64,000 bases of DNA from Burkholderiales bacterium (GCA_022841375.1 JALHRQ010000016.1:2166-66165), one strand, 5' to 3'; numbered from the stretch's first letter, positions 19,405 to 29,606 are shown. Notes: a model not told the origin generated them from the letters alone. Numbers and translations: made by a program.

Positions 19405-21023
19405 AAGCCCTGCCTTACGCCAACGAAAACTTTCGCGGTTTCCTCGACCGCTTGCGCGGCGAAAAAGAACTCGTCGACATCAAACAGCCGGTGGACAGCC
19501 GGCATATCGCCACGCTCGTCGACCAGGCCGACAAGGCGCTGCTGTTCCACAACGTCATCGGTTACAAGATGCCGGTGGTTTCGGGCATCATCCGCTCGCA
19601 GAAACGCGCCATCATGTCGATGGGCTGCGAAACCTATCCGGAAATCGAATTCCGGCTGGAGCGCGGCATTGAAAATCCGATCCCGCCGCGTTACGTCGAG
19701 AACACACCGCTGAAACAGGTCATCAAAACCGGCAAGGACGTCGACCTGTTCAGCCTGCCGATCCCCATGTTCTCGATTTACGACGGCGGCCCGATGATCA
19801 CCGCCGGCATCACCATCGCCCGTGACCCCGAATACGGCCTGAACTCCGGTATCTATCGCTTCATGGTCAAGGAAAAAAACCTGACCGGCATCGACATCGT
19901 CACCCCGAATAACATGCGCCTGTTTGCGCAGCGCGCCTTCGAAGCCGGCAAACCGCTGCCGATCTCGATCTCCATCGGCAACCATCCCTTTGAAAACCTC
20001 GGCTCCGGATTCCGCGCGCCGCTGGGCACCGATGAAATGGGTATCGCCGGCGGCATCCGCGGCGCAGCGATCGAACTGGCGCAGTGCGAAACCATAGATC
20101 TGCCGTGCATCGCCGACTCCGAAATTGTCCTTGAAGGCGAAATCCTGCCGACCGGCTGGACCCAGCCCGAAGGCCGTTTCGGCGAATTCACCCGGCTGAT
20201 GGGCGGCCTGCACTGGAACCCCGTGGTACGCATTAATGCCATCACCATGCGCCGCGATGCGATCTACTACGCGCTGCACATGCCCTGGGAAAACACCTGG
20301 CTGATGGCGCCGACGCGTTACACGCAGATTCGCCGTGCATTAAAAACAGCGGGGGTGCAGGTCAAGGACATCAACGTCACGCTCGGCGGCTGCGGCATGT
20401 GGCACGCAGTGATCTCGATCAAGAAGCAGGCCGGCGAAGGCAAAAACGCACTGCTCGCCGCGCTGTCGGTGATGGATCTGAAACATGTGGTGGTGGTTGA
20501 CGACGACATCGACGTGTTCAATGCGATGGATGTCGAATGGGCCATCGCCACCCGCGTGCAGGGTGACAAGGACATCATGATCATCCCCGGCAGCCGCGCC
20601 AAGCCGCTGGACCCCAGCCTCGCGGTAATGCCGCCTGGCGTGGTGCCCACCGGCGCCAAGGTCGGCATCGACGCGACGATCTCCGAAGGCATTCCGCGCG
20701 AGCGTTTCGAACGCATTGCCTACGCCTATACCGACCGCGCGAAAATCAGTGATTACTACGCCGGCAAGGCCGATGATGTGCAGCAGGCCGTATCGGGTGA
20801 TGCCGCGGTCGACGAACTGGCGGCAAAAATCATCGTCGTCATTGAAAAAGTGCCGAAATATTATTCGGAGCTCGCCGAACAGTTCGCCGAATATGATTTC
20901 CAGACTGTTGCGCGCACGCTGGGCAAGCTGCATGAAGACGGCAAGCTTTGGCAAGACCCGCGCGGCCGCATGTGCCTGCGCAACTCCGCATTCGCCGCCA
21001 AACCGCCGGTCAAGGGCCCTTGA
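19401..21023 (+). CDS. UbiD family prFMN-dependent (de)carboxylase
   Basis: DGGPMITAG, NSGIYR, EIVLEG, EGRFGEF and VVVDDDID...VEWAIATR; adjacent to ubiX. Probably not the ubiquinone-pathway ortholog. Confidence 0.93.
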   Translation: MKALPYANENFRGFLDRLRGEKELVDIKQPVDSRHIATLVDQADKALLFHNVIGYKMPVVSGIIRSQKRAIMSMGCETYPEIEFRLERGIENPIPPRYVENTPLKQVIKTGKDVDLFSLPIPMFSIYDGGPMITAGITIARDPEYGLNSGIYRFMVKEKNLTGIDIVTPNNMRLFAQRAFEAGKPLPISISIGNHPFENLGSGFRAPLGTDEMGIAGGIRGAAIELAQCETIDLPCIADSEIVLEGEILPTGWTQPEGRFGEFTRLMGGLHWNPVVRINAITMRRDAIYYALHMPWENTWLMAPTRYTQIRRALKTAGVQVKDINVTLGGCGMWHAVISIKKQAGEGKNALLAALSVMDLKHVVVVDDDIDVFNAMDVEWAIATRVQGDKDIMIIPGSRAKPLDPSLAVMPPGVVPTGAKVGIDATISEGIPRERFERIAYAYTDRAKISDYYAGKADDVQQAVSGDAAVDELAAKIIVVIEKVPKYYSELAEQFAEYDFQTVARTLGKLHEDGKLWQDPRGRMCLRNSAFAAKPPVKGP

Positions 21024-21024
21024 G

Positions 21025-21810
21025 ATGAACACCGCGGTCGCGTCACAGACTGTTCCGGTGGAAACCGGCGCCATTGCGGTTCGCGGCGTCAGCAAGTGGT
21101 TCAAAACCGCCGACGGTTCGCCGCTGCAGGTGCTGGCCGACATCGAGCTGACGATACCGGCACATTCGATGGTCGCCATCCTCGGGGCCTCCGGCTGCGG
21201 CAAATCGACGCTGCTTAATATCATCTCCGGACTGGTCACGCCTGAACAGGGTGAAGTGCTGATCAATGGCACGCCCTCACGGCAATTCAGCGACTGGCGC
21301 AGCGTCAGCTACATGTTCCAGGAAGACCGCCTGCTGCCGTGGCGCACCACGTTGCACAATGTCGAGTTCGCACTGGAAGCCGGATCCATTCCGCACTCCG
21401 AGCGTCAGGCACGCGCGCGTGAAGCCTTGCGACTGGTCGGGCTTGAAACTTTTGAGGATGCATTTCCGTACCAACTGTCCGGCGGCATGCGCAGCCGCGT
21501 CGCCCTCGCCCGCAGCCTGGTACTGGAGCCGTGCATCCTGTTGATGGATGAACCGTTCTCGCGACTCGATGCACTGACCCGCGCGCAAATGCATGATGAA
21601 CTGCTGCGCATCCAGCAACTCAAGCACATGACCATCGTTTTTGTCACCCACGACGTCGAAGAGGCCGTGGTGCTGGCCGATACCGTGGTGGTCATGGCGC
21701 CGCGTCCCGGACGCATCCGCGATCAGGTACCGATCGCCTTGTCTCGGCCGCGCGATGCCACTGAAGCCGCCACCGCACGCCTGGCACATCAGCTTAAGTC
21801 ATTGATTTAA
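21025..21810 (+). CDS. NitT/TauT-type ABC transporter ATP-binding protein
   Basis: GASGCGKST, FQEDRLLPW, LSGGM, LMDEPF and VTHD. Confidence 0.94.
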   Translation: MNTAVASQTVPVETGAIAVRGVSKWFKTADGSPLQVLADIELTIPAHSMVAILGASGCGKSTLLNIISGLVTPEQGEVLINGTPSRQFSDWRSVSYMFQEDRLLPWRTTLHNVEFALEAGSIPHSERQARAREALRLVGLETFEDAFPYQLSGGMRSRVALARSLVLEPCILLMDEPFSRLDALTRAQMHDELLRIQQLKHMTIVFVTHDVEEAVVLADTVVVMAPRPGRIRDQVPIALSRPRDATEAATARLAHQLKSLI

Positions 21811-21832
21811 TAATATTTAAAAAGGAGCTGCG

Positions 21833-22816
21833 ATGAAACCGATGCACCTGTTCAAGGCCTTTGCTCTCGCCCTGCTGCTCGTCACCGCACCGGCACAGGC
21901 ACAGAAAATCAAGGTCGGTTACTGGACCAGCGGCTTCAGCCTCGGCTTCGGCGCGGTGATGGAACAGATGAAATTCGCCGAAAAGGAAGGACTCGATGTC
22001 GAATGGGTGAAATTCGCTGAAGTGAACGGCCCGACCCGCGCCATCGTGCCGCAAACCATCGACCTCGCCTTCGGCGCGCCCTCCACCGCTTCGATGAGCA
22101 TCGCCGCCGACGGCGTGCCCGTAAAAATCGTGCTGGCCTCGCAGATCGCCGAAGCACAGATCGTCGTGCCCGCCGGTTCCCCGATCAAAAGCATTGCCGA
22201 CCTCAAAGGCAAAAAAATCGGCATGTCGCCGCCGGGCAGCGCGACGCACGCCATCGCCACATCAATACTGCAGGGCGTCTACGGCCTGAAAACCGGCGAC
22301 TACAGCGTCGTGCCCGGCAACGAAGGCCGCCTCGCCCAGTTCTTGCTGCAGAAAGAAGTCGATGCCGCGGTCATCCGCTCGGTGACCATCGCCCAGATGA
22401 GCGATGACCTCAAACTGACTTACCTCGGCAGCGTTGTCGACGACTGGAAAAAACTCACCAAGGTCAACGCAGCGCCGATACTCGCGGTCACCATCGTGCA
22501 CAGCGATTACGTGGCCAAAAACGCCGAGTCGGTCGCCAAATTCATCGCCGCGATGCGCAAGACGCTGGAATACGGATCGAAGAACAAGGACCGCGTCGCC
22601 GAAATGCTGCAAAAAGCAGCCAATATGAATGCCGTCGACGCCAAGGCTTACGCCGCGCAGTGGGACGGCGCCTATATGGCCAGTTTCGAGGCCTCCGATG
22701 TGTCGTCGCTGAAACGCATGCAGGAAATCGTCAAAGCCGCCGGTGCCGCCAAAAGCGATCCGCCAGAAGCCACCTTCCTGACCGGACCGTACCAGCGCGC
22801 CAAGCAGATCAAATAA
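21833..22816 (+). CDS. ABC transporter substrate-binding protein (SsuA/NMT1-like)
   Basis: Signal peptide AQA-Q; SPIKSIADLKGKKIG; RBS AAGGAG. Confidence 0.9.
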   Translation: MKPMHLFKAFALALLLVTAPAQAQKIKVGYWTSGFSLGFGAVMEQMKFAEKEGLDVEWVKFAEVNGPTRAIVPQTIDLAFGAPSTASMSIAADGVPVKIVLASQIAEAQIVVPAGSPIKSIADLKGKKIGMSPPGSATHAIATSILQGVYGLKTGDYSVVPGNEGRLAQFLLQKEVDAAVIRSVTIAQMSDDLKLTYLGSVVDDWKKLTKVNAAPILAVTIVHSDYVAKNAESVAKFIAAMRKTLEYGSKNKDRVAEMLQKAANMNAVDAKAYAAQWDGAYMASFEASDVSSLKRMQEIVKAAGAAKSDPPEATFLTGPYQRAKQIK

Positions 22817-22841
22817 TCCGCTGCGTGATATCGATCAAAAG

Positions 22842-23837
22842 ATGTCGATCAAAAAACTGCATCTGCATATCGAGAATACGCGCAACAAGGCGAGCATATT
22901 TCACACGCTGCCCGCGCACTGGGCAGCCGCCTGCGCGCGCCACCGCGCGCTGGCGCGCAAGATCGACGTCAGCTTCGGCTGGGATGGCGACGTACTGGAA
23001 ACCGCGCTGACCAATGCCGACCTGCTGATCGGCGTACCCGCCAAACTCGATAACCTCGCCGCCCGCGCGCCGCGGCTGAAATGGATGCACGCCACTTCCG
23101 CGGGTGTCGACGCCGTGCTGCCGCTGGACTGGCTGCCGCGCGGTGTGTTCTTCACCAACAACAGCGGCGCGCACGGGCACAAAACCGGGCAATACATGAC
23201 CATGGCCTACAACCTGCTCAACTCGCGCATGCCGGCGATCATGGCCAACCAGCACCGGCATCGCTGGGAAGCGCTGTTCTCGCCGAGCATCACCGGCAAG
23301 ACCGCGGTCGTCATAGGACTCGGTGATCTCGGCGAAGCCGCCGCACGTGCCGCAAAAAAAATCGGTCTCAAGGTCATTGGCGTTCGGCGCAGCCCACAGA
23401 AGAACCGTTACGCCGACAAGGTCGTCAGCTACAAAAAACTCGACAAGATGCTGCCGCTCGCTGATTTTGTCGTACTAGCCGTGCCACTGACCGCGGAAAC
23501 ACGCGGTCTGCTCAACAGCAAACGCATGGACCTGATGAAACCCACTGCCGGCGTGATCAATATCGCCCGCGGTCCGGTTGCCGACTACAAGGCACTTGAA
23601 GCGCGCCTGCGCGCCGGGAAACTCGGGGGCGCGATTCTGGATGTGGTTGACCCTGAACCCTTGCCCGCCAATGCCTCGTTGTGGACAACACCCAATCTGA
23701 TCATCACGCCGCATATTTCCTGTGACGACGGCGAACATTACATCGACATTTCACTTGACCTCTGGTTTGAGAATCTGCAACGTTTCCTCGCCGGCAAAAC
23801 GCTGAAACGGCGCATCGACCCGAAGCTGGGTTACTGA
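22842..23837 (+). CDS. D-2-hydroxyacid dehydrogenase family protein
   Basis: SAGVD, GLGDLG, NIARG, LDV..PEPL and TPHIS. Confidence 0.9.
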   Translation: MSIKKLHLHIENTRNKASIFHTLPAHWAAACARHRALARKIDVSFGWDGDVLETALTNADLLIGVPAKLDNLAARAPRLKWMHATSAGVDAVLPLDWLPRGVFFTNNSGAHGHKTGQYMTMAYNLLNSRMPAIMANQHRHRWEALFSPSITGKTAVVIGLGDLGEAAARAAKKIGLKVIGVRRSPQKNRYADKVVSYKKLDKMLPLADFVVLAVPLTAETRGLLNSKRMDLMKPTAGVINIARGPVADYKALEARLRAGKLGGAILDVVDPEPLPANASLWTTPNLIITPHISCDDGEHYIDISLDLWFENLQRFLAGKTLKRRIDPKLGY

Positions 23838-23840
23838 GCC

Positions 23841-24818
23841 ATGACCGCCGCCGGCCCGATCTCCGCTTCGCAACCCCCATCCACGGGCAAGCTCAACATC
23901 GATCATCTGGCGCACTTCGTGCCGCATATCGATGCTGCGAGTTCCGCCCTCGACCAGGCTGGCTTCACGCTGACGCCGTTCTCCGCGCAATCGCATCGCC
24001 TGGAATCAGGCGGCCCGCTGGTACCCGCGGGCAGCGGCAACCGCTGCGTGATGCTGCGCGAAGGTTATCTGGAATTCCTCACCCCGACTGCGGACACCCC
24101 CATCGCCCAACAGTTGCGTACGGCGATCCAGCGTTACACCGGTCTGCATCTGATCGCCTTCGGCACCGCCGATGCGGAAGCCGATCATGCACGCCTCGAA
24201 AAAAACGGCTTCAATCCGCTGCCAACCGTTGCGTTGCAACGTGAAATCGGCACCGAGCATGGCGATGAAACTGCGCGCTTCTCCGTTGTTCGGGTACCAC
24301 CGGGCACGATGGCCGAAGGCCGCATCCAGTATTGCCAGCAGCACACCCCGCAATGGCTGTGGCAGGAGCGCTGGACCCGGCATGCCAACGGTGCACGCGG
24401 CCTTGCCGCGGTAATTCTTTGTGTCGCCGATCCCCAGGAAGCCGCACAGCGCTACGCACGATTCTCCGGCCTGCTCGCACAACTGGCGCACGGTCAATGG
24501 CGCATCGACACCCAGCGTGGCGCGCTGCTGTTCGTAACAACGGATCAACTGCGGCAGGCACTGGATGTCACCGTACCGGCACTGCCGTGGATTGCGGGTT
24601 ATGTATTGACCGTCGACAACATCGCGACAACCCGCACCCGGATTGTTGCCGGAAATTGCAGCGTACGTGAAATTGAAGGCGGGCGATTGCTGCTCGAATG
24701 GCCCAATGCAGTCGGTGGCTTCATCGTGTTTCAGGCGGCCGGGGCAGCGCTGCCCGCCTTTGCGTACATACAACCATTTGTTTTTATTGAGAAAAATGAA
24801 ATACACGGAAACCGTTGA
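23841..24818 (+). CDS. VOC/glyoxalase-like family protein
   Basis: IDHLAHFV, GFTLTP, GNRCVML..GYLEF and HANGA pattern of the glyoxalase_3-type family. Confidence 0.8.
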   Translation: MTAAGPISASQPPSTGKLNIDHLAHFVPHIDAASSALDQAGFTLTPFSAQSHRLESGGPLVPAGSGNRCVMLREGYLEFLTPTADTPIAQQLRTAIQRYTGLHLIAFGTADAEADHARLEKNGFNPLPTVALQREIGTEHGDETARFSVVRVPPGTMAEGRIQYCQQHTPQWLWQERWTRHANGARGLAAVILCVADPQEAAQRYARFSGLLAQLAHGQWRIDTQRGALLFVTTDQLRQALDVTVPALPWIAGYVLTVDNIATTRTRIVAGNCSVREIEGGRLLLEWPNAVGGFIVFQAAGAALPAFAYIQPFVFIEKNEIHGNR

Positions 24819-26361
24819 TGTCGTGGTGCTGGGTTTTGGTCTGGGTGGCGGCATCGCCGCGCTGAACGCCGCACAAGCCGGCGCCAAAACCCTGCTGCTG
24901 GAAAAATCCACGGTCCCCGGCGGATTGTCGATCTGCTCCTATGGCGCGGTGCGCAGTGCACATGATCCCGAACAGGCTTTCGCCTACCTGCAGACAAGCA
25001 ATGGCGGGCGCACACCGAACGATGTGATCCGCACACTGGCCAATGGCATGTGCGAGCTCGAAAGCTATGTCCGTGAGCTGGCGCAGATCAACGACGCCCG
25101 CGTCATTACTTCCGTGGAAGAAAACGCTGAACGTGAAAAAGCCGGAGATCCCTATCGCCGTCAGATCCGCGGCAACTACCCGCTCCCCGGCACCGACACC
25201 TTCTATCACACGTCCGTTGTCGACGTGCCCGGCTTTGATGCGCGCAAAGACTATCCCTGGGCTAATGGCGCGCCCAACGGCCCGAAACTGTTCAAGGTCG
25301 TTCACGACAACGTCGTCGCTGCCGGCGTCGACATCCGCCTGGGTGTCGGCGCGCAGCGCCTGATCACCGATCCATTAACCCGCGAAGTCATCGGCGTCAC
25401 CGTATTGCAGGACGGCGAGGAGCGCCACATTGCCGCGCGACGCGGCGTGATCATCGCCACCGGCGGCTTCGAAGGCAATGCCGACATGAAAGCGCAGTTC
25501 CTCGAAACACACCCGGTGTTCAACGCCGCCGCACGCCACAATACCGGCGACGGCATCCGCATGGCGCAGGATCTTGGCGCAGCGTTATGGCATATGTGGC
25601 ACATCCATGGCGCCTACGGTTTCCGCCATACCGATCCAGCTTATCCCTACGGCATCCGTGCCAAACGCTTTCCCGACTGGTTTCCCGGGGATGCTGACAA
25701 GGTCAACCTGAAAATGGCGTGGATCCTGCTGGATCACGGCGGCCAGCGCTTCATGTCCGAATACCAGCCCTACACCCAGGACACCGGCGTGCGCCCTTTG
25801 TCGCACTTCGATCCGATCACGCAAAAAGCCTCACGCAACCCGGCCTACCTGATCTGCGACGAAATCGGCCGCCAGATGTATCCGCTGGGCAAGGCCACCT
25901 CCAACGACGAGGGCCTGCGCTATGACTGGAGCGACAACAATTTGCGGGAAGTGGAAAACGGCATCATCAAACGCGCCGACACGCTGGGCGAACTGGCAAA
26001 AAAGCTGGGGCTCGATGCGAGCGCGGTAAAAACTTCGGTCGCACGCTGGAATGCATTGTGTGCCGCGGGCAAGGATACCGATTTCGAACGCCCCGCAGGC
26101 AGCATGCTGCCCATTGTCAAACCACCGTTCTACGGCTCAACGATGTGGGCAGTGATTTCCAATACCCAGGGTGGCCCGGTGCACGATGTGCAGTCGCGCA
26201 TAATCGATGTTTACGGCAAACCGGTTCCGCGGCTTTACGCCGCCGGCGAATGCGGCAGCTCCTTCGGCCACCTGTATCTGTCGGGTGGCAATATTGCGGA
26301 GTGCGTGGTCACCGGGCGCATTGCAGGACGCGGCGCGGCGGCACAGACCCCGCTGAACTGA
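24796..26361 (+). CDS. FAD-dependent oxidoreductase (fumarate reductase/TcuA/3-oxosteroid dehydrogenase-type flavoprotein)
   Basis: DVVVLGFGLGG, IATGGFEGN, NTGDGIRMA, TQGG and RLYAAGE. Start re-set to ATG 24796. Confidence 0.88.
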   Translation: MKYTETVDVVVLGFGLGGGIAALNAAQAGAKTLLLEKSTVPGGLSICSYGAVRSAHDPEQAFAYLQTSNGGRTPNDVIRTLANGMCELESYVRELAQINDARVITSVEENAEREKAGDPYRRQIRGNYPLPGTDTFYHTSVVDVPGFDARKDYPWANGAPNGPKLFKVVHDNVVAAGVDIRLGVGAQRLITDPLTREVIGVTVLQDGEERHIAARRGVIIATGGFEGNADMKAQFLETHPVFNAAARHNTGDGIRMAQDLGAALWHMWHIHGAYGFRHTDPAYPYGIRAKRFPDWFPGDADKVNLKMAWILLDHGGQRFMSEYQPYTQDTGVRPLSHFDPITQKASRNPAYLICDEIGRQMYPLGKATSNDEGLRYDWSDNNLREVENGIIKRADTLGELAKKLGLDASAVKTSVARWNALCAAGKDTDFERPAGSMLPIVKPPFYGSTMWAVISNTQGGPVHDVQSRIIDVYGKPVPRLYAAGECGSSFGHLYLSGGNIAECVVTGRIAGRGAAAQTPLN

Positions 26362-26373
26362 AGCGCAACGCCG

Positions 26374-26919
26374 TCAGCCGGCGGCGTCGTGCAAGGAAAA
26401 AGCGATGGTGCAGGGCGCGTCAGAACGGTTGCTCCAGGCATGATTGGTGCCACGCTGCACGACGGTATCACCTGCTTTCAGGCTGACCTCCTGCGTATCC
26501 AGCACCAGCGTGATCTCCCCTTCCAGCACCAGACAGAAATCCAAGGTGCGTGTTCTCTGCATATACGGATGCGGAGCGCCTGAACCCCCGGTTGAAGCCT
26601 GCGGAGATCCCATAGACTCAAAAAAAGCCTGCACCTCGCGCGCACCGACTCTGGGGGCGCCACGTTCGGGCGGGAACGTCACCACGCGGCACACCGAACC
26701 GCCGGGCGGCGGCTCCAGCGTATGCGGTAGATGCACAGTCTCGGTAATTGACCCGATGCGCGCCGGGGTACGGTCAGTAACCCAGATCCGTGTCGCCCGG
26801 TATCCGGGCCGGGCCGGATCGCTGCGCACATCGGGGGATGGGCCATCGGCGATTTTTTTCGATTGGCCGTTCCCGTCATCCACAGTGATCAGGCGCCGTA
26901 CGGGTTTTGCTGTTTGCAT
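26374..26919 (-). CDS. Cupin domain protein
   Basis: VRRLIT..., MQRTRTLDF..VLEGE and GDTVVQRGTNHAW. Confidence 0.87.
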   Translation of the reverse strand: MQTAKPVRRLITVDDGNGQSKKIADGPSPDVRSDPARPGYRATRIWVTDRTPARIGSITETVHLPHTLEPPPGGSVCRVVTFPPERGAPRVGAREVQAFFESMGSPQASTGGSGAPHPYMQRTRTLDFCLVLEGEITLVLDTQEVSLKAGDTVVQRGTNHAWSNRSDAPCTIAFSLHDAAG

Positions 26920-26930
26920 GCGCGTTACCT

Positions 26931-27491
26931 TCAGTCCTTGTAGCGTGCACCCATCATGACGAAAGCCATCAGGCTGCCGTCGCGAGGATTGGTCCAGCCA
27001 TGCCAGTTGCCGAGCTGCACCACCACGTCTCCGGGATGCATCACATGTTCGCCGTCATCGAGCAACAGCACGCGTTCGCCCTGCAGCATGATGCCGTAGT
27101 CGACCGTTTCGGATTTATGCACCGGGGATGAATAGGCATTGGCGCCGCCCTTGTCCCAGGTGCCGCCATGGCGCTGTTTCGGTTCATGCAGCGGAATCGC
27201 GGTTTTGTCATCCTCGGGCTTGTAACCGGCGGGTTTTCCCGGCGACTGCACGATTCGCAGATGACCGCCTGCTTCAGGAGGCTCGAAGCTGAATGGCAGA
27301 TTGCCATCGTCGCGTTCGCCGGAAATCGGCGCCGGACACTGCTGATACACCCAGACATCGGTCATGCAGGTGCCGGGTCGGATGGCTCCGGGATTGACGT
27401 TGGGCGAATCACTGTCATAAAGCACACGCGAGCGGCCCTGCGCATCATTGCCGGTAACCACCCGGCGTATCGGTTTGATCCGGTTAGTCAT
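26931..27491 (-). CDS. Cupin domain protein
   Basis: IRRVVTGND, HKSETVDYG..GE and GDVVVQLGNWHGW; paralog of the neighbour. Confidence 0.87.
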   Translation of the reverse strand: MTNRIKPIRRVVTGNDAQGRSRVLYDSDSPNVNPGAIRPGTCMTDVWVYQQCPAPISGERDDGNLPFSFEPPEAGGHLRIVQSPGKPAGYKPEDDKTAIPLHEPKQRHGGTWDKGGANAYSSPVHKSETVDYGIMLQGERVLLLDDGEHVMHPGDVVVQLGNWHGWTNPRDGSLMAFVMMGARYKD

Positions 27492-27504
27492 TGCCTCACT
27501 CCTG

Positions 27505-28482
27505 TCATGCACCCTCCGCCTGCAGCCCCAGTTGCTTGATCAGTTTGCCCATGCGCTCGATCTCGGAGCGCACGATGGCGGCCGACTGCTCCGGCGTGGT
27601 GCCGAAAATCTCGGCACCTTCACCCTCCAGACGCGCTTTCACGTCGGCTTGCTGCAGCACCTTGACCAGTTCCTGATGCAGGCGTGCAACGATTGCCGGC
27701 GGGGTCGCGCCCGGCACCAGAATCATGTGGCCGCCGACCTCATCGAGCCCGGACACGCCCGATTCGGCAATCGTCGGCACATCGGGCCAGATACGCGACC
27801 GCTTCGATCCGCTGATGGCAAGGGCGCGCAAGCGGGCGGCTTTGATCAGCGGCACGCTGGCGATCATGTTGGCGAGCTGGAATTGCACCTGCCCCGCCAC
27901 GAGATCGGCCATCGCCGGACCCGCGCCTTTGTACGCAATGTGCACCGCGGTCATGCCGGTAGCTGCCTTCAGTACTTCGGTTGCCAGATGCGGCCCCGTG
28001 CCGGCGCCTCCCGAGGAATAGTTAAGCTGACCAGGCCTTCTCTTGTCGAGCGCAACCAGATCCTTCAGGTTGCGCACCGGCAGCGCCGGGTGCACCACCA
28101 GGGCATATGGCGCGCCAGCCAGAATGGATACTGGCCTCAGGTCTTTCAGGGCATCGTAAGGCAGCTTGGAGTAACGGCCGGCATTGATCGTGTAAGTCGC
28201 CACTGCCACCAGCAACATGTTGTAACCGTCCGCCGACGACTTGGCGGCGATATCGGTGCCGATGACCCCGCCAGCTCCGGCGCGATTTTCGACAAACACG
28301 GTCTGCTTCATGCTTTCCGTCAGCTGTTGCGCCATGCTGCGCGCAAGAATATCGCTGGGCCCGCCGGGCGCCAGCGGCACAATCAACCGGATCGGCCGTG
28401 CCGGGTAACCCTGTTGCGCCTGCGCGGGAGCCCATACGCCTGCAACTATCAGTGTTGCGAGGATAGCGAAGATGCGTTGCAT
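27505..28482 (-). CDS. Bug/TctC family substrate-binding protein
   Basis: YPARPIRLIVPLAPGGPSD and HIAYKGAGPA; RBS GGAGGAG. Confidence 0.93.
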   Translation of the reverse strand: MQRIFAILATLIVAGVWAPAQAQQGYPARPIRLIVPLAPGGPSDILARSMAQQLTESMKQTVFVENRAGAGGVIGTDIAAKSSADGYNMLLVAVATYTINAGRYSKLPYDALKDLRPVSILAGAPYALVVHPALPVRNLKDLVALDKRRPGQLNYSSGGAGTGPHLATEVLKAATGMTAVHIAYKGAGPAMADLVAGQVQFQLANMIASVPLIKAARLRALAISGSKRSRIWPDVPTIAESGVSGLDEVGGHMILVPGATPPAIVARLHQELVKVLQQADVKARLEGEGAEIFGTTPEQSAAIVRSEIERMGKLIKQLGLQAEGA

Positions 28483-28520
28483 GATTGTTACTCCTCCAGG
28501 TTGAACTGCTTTTTTCTTGC

Positions 28521-29606
28521 TTAGAGTTTTCCGCCAAGCAAATCCATCGCCGTGTCATGGCAAATCTGCTCGCGCTCTTTTTTGGTAAGTCCTTTTACGC
28601 GATCCAGCATCTTTAGCGGCGCTTCCTCGCCCATATCAAAAGGCGCATCAGTGCCCAGCGTGACGCGATCCGCACCGACCTGATCGATCAGGTAACGCAG
28701 CGCCTTGGGGTCATGGATCAGCGCGTCGTAGTAAAACCGGCGCATCAGGTTGTAAGGCGAAGTCCTGGTCAAAGCACGCGTTTCCTTGCGCACCTTGTGG
28801 CCATGGACAAACCGGCCGATCTGATAGGGAATGTAACCGCCGCCGTGGGCCAGGCAGATTTTCAGTTTTTTCAATTCATCCAGCGCGCCGCTGTACATCA
28901 GATTGGCCGCCATGATCGTCGATTGCAGCGGATTGCCGATCAGGTTGCGCAGATAGTAGTTTTCAAGACCGCAGGACGCATCAAAGGAATACGGGTGAGC
29001 GAAAATGAACACCTTCAGATCCTGCGCCCGGCGCAGCACCTTGCGGAAACGAGGATCGGCCAGCGCGGCCTCTTCCACCGAGGTCCCCAGTTCAATCGAA
29101 CGAAAACCCTGATCGCGCACGATGCGCTCCAGTTCGGCTATTGCCGCGTCCGGATCCTGCATCGGGATGGTGCCCATCGGCCGCAGGCGGTCCGGATAGG
29201 CCGCGGCCATTTTGGCAATACCGTCATTGATCAGCCGTGAGGCTGCAAGCGCGGTATCGGCATCCAGCCAGTAGAAAAACACCATCGGCGCCGGAGAAAT
29301 GAATGACACGTCGATGCCCTTGCGGTCCATGCCGCGCACCTTGACCGCCGGATCATAAAACTCGTCGAACACGGGAAAGGTATGCCCGCCCTCACGGACG
29401 ATACGGCGCTTGCCGTCAATTTCCTTGACGCGCATCTGGTAACGGTCCGGGTCGCGCTCGATGGCCTGCAGCATGTCCAGCGGAATGACATGACTGTGCA
29501 CATCAATGCGCGGACGCGCTGCAGGTTTGGTTCTTTTTGCAGGCTCCGCTTTTTTTACAGCACCGGATTTTTTTGCCGTTGTTTTTTTCTTCGCCTTGAC
29601 TGCCAT
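28521..29606 (-). CDS. Amidohydrolase_2 family protein (ACMSD-like decarboxylase)
   Basis: IDVHSH, FAHP, LAHGGG, FYYD and GTDAPFDMG; ATG 29606 behind GGAGGAG. Confidence 0.88.
   Translation of the reverse strand: MAVKAKKKTTAKKSGAVKKAEPAKRTKPAARPRIDVHSHVIPLDMLQAIERDPDRYQMRVKEIDGKRRIVREGGHTFPVFDEFYDPAVKVRGMDRKGIDVSFISPAPMVFFYWLDADTALAASRLINDGIAKMAAAYPDRLRPMGTIPMQDPDAAIAELERIVRDQGFRSIELGTSVEEAALADPRFRKVLRRAQDLKVFIFAHPYSFDASCGLENYYLRNLIGNPLQSTIMAANLMYSGALDELKKLKICLAHGGGYIPYQIGRFVHGHKVRKETRALTRTSPYNLMRRFYYDALIHDPKALRYLIDQVGADRVTLGTDAPFDMGEEAPLKMLDRVKGLTKKEREQICHDTAMDLLGGKL

Noticed and set aside
18775..21023. Calling ubiX/ubiD ubiquinone biosynthesis genes
   Set aside because: They are embedded among catabolic and transport genes, and the UbiD has an atypical motif (EGRFGE) and a C-terminal extension.
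24796..24818. 23-nt overlap of the VOC and flavoprotein genes as a possible frameshift fusion
   Set aside because: Both proteins look complete, so a short C-terminal run-on is the simpler explanation.
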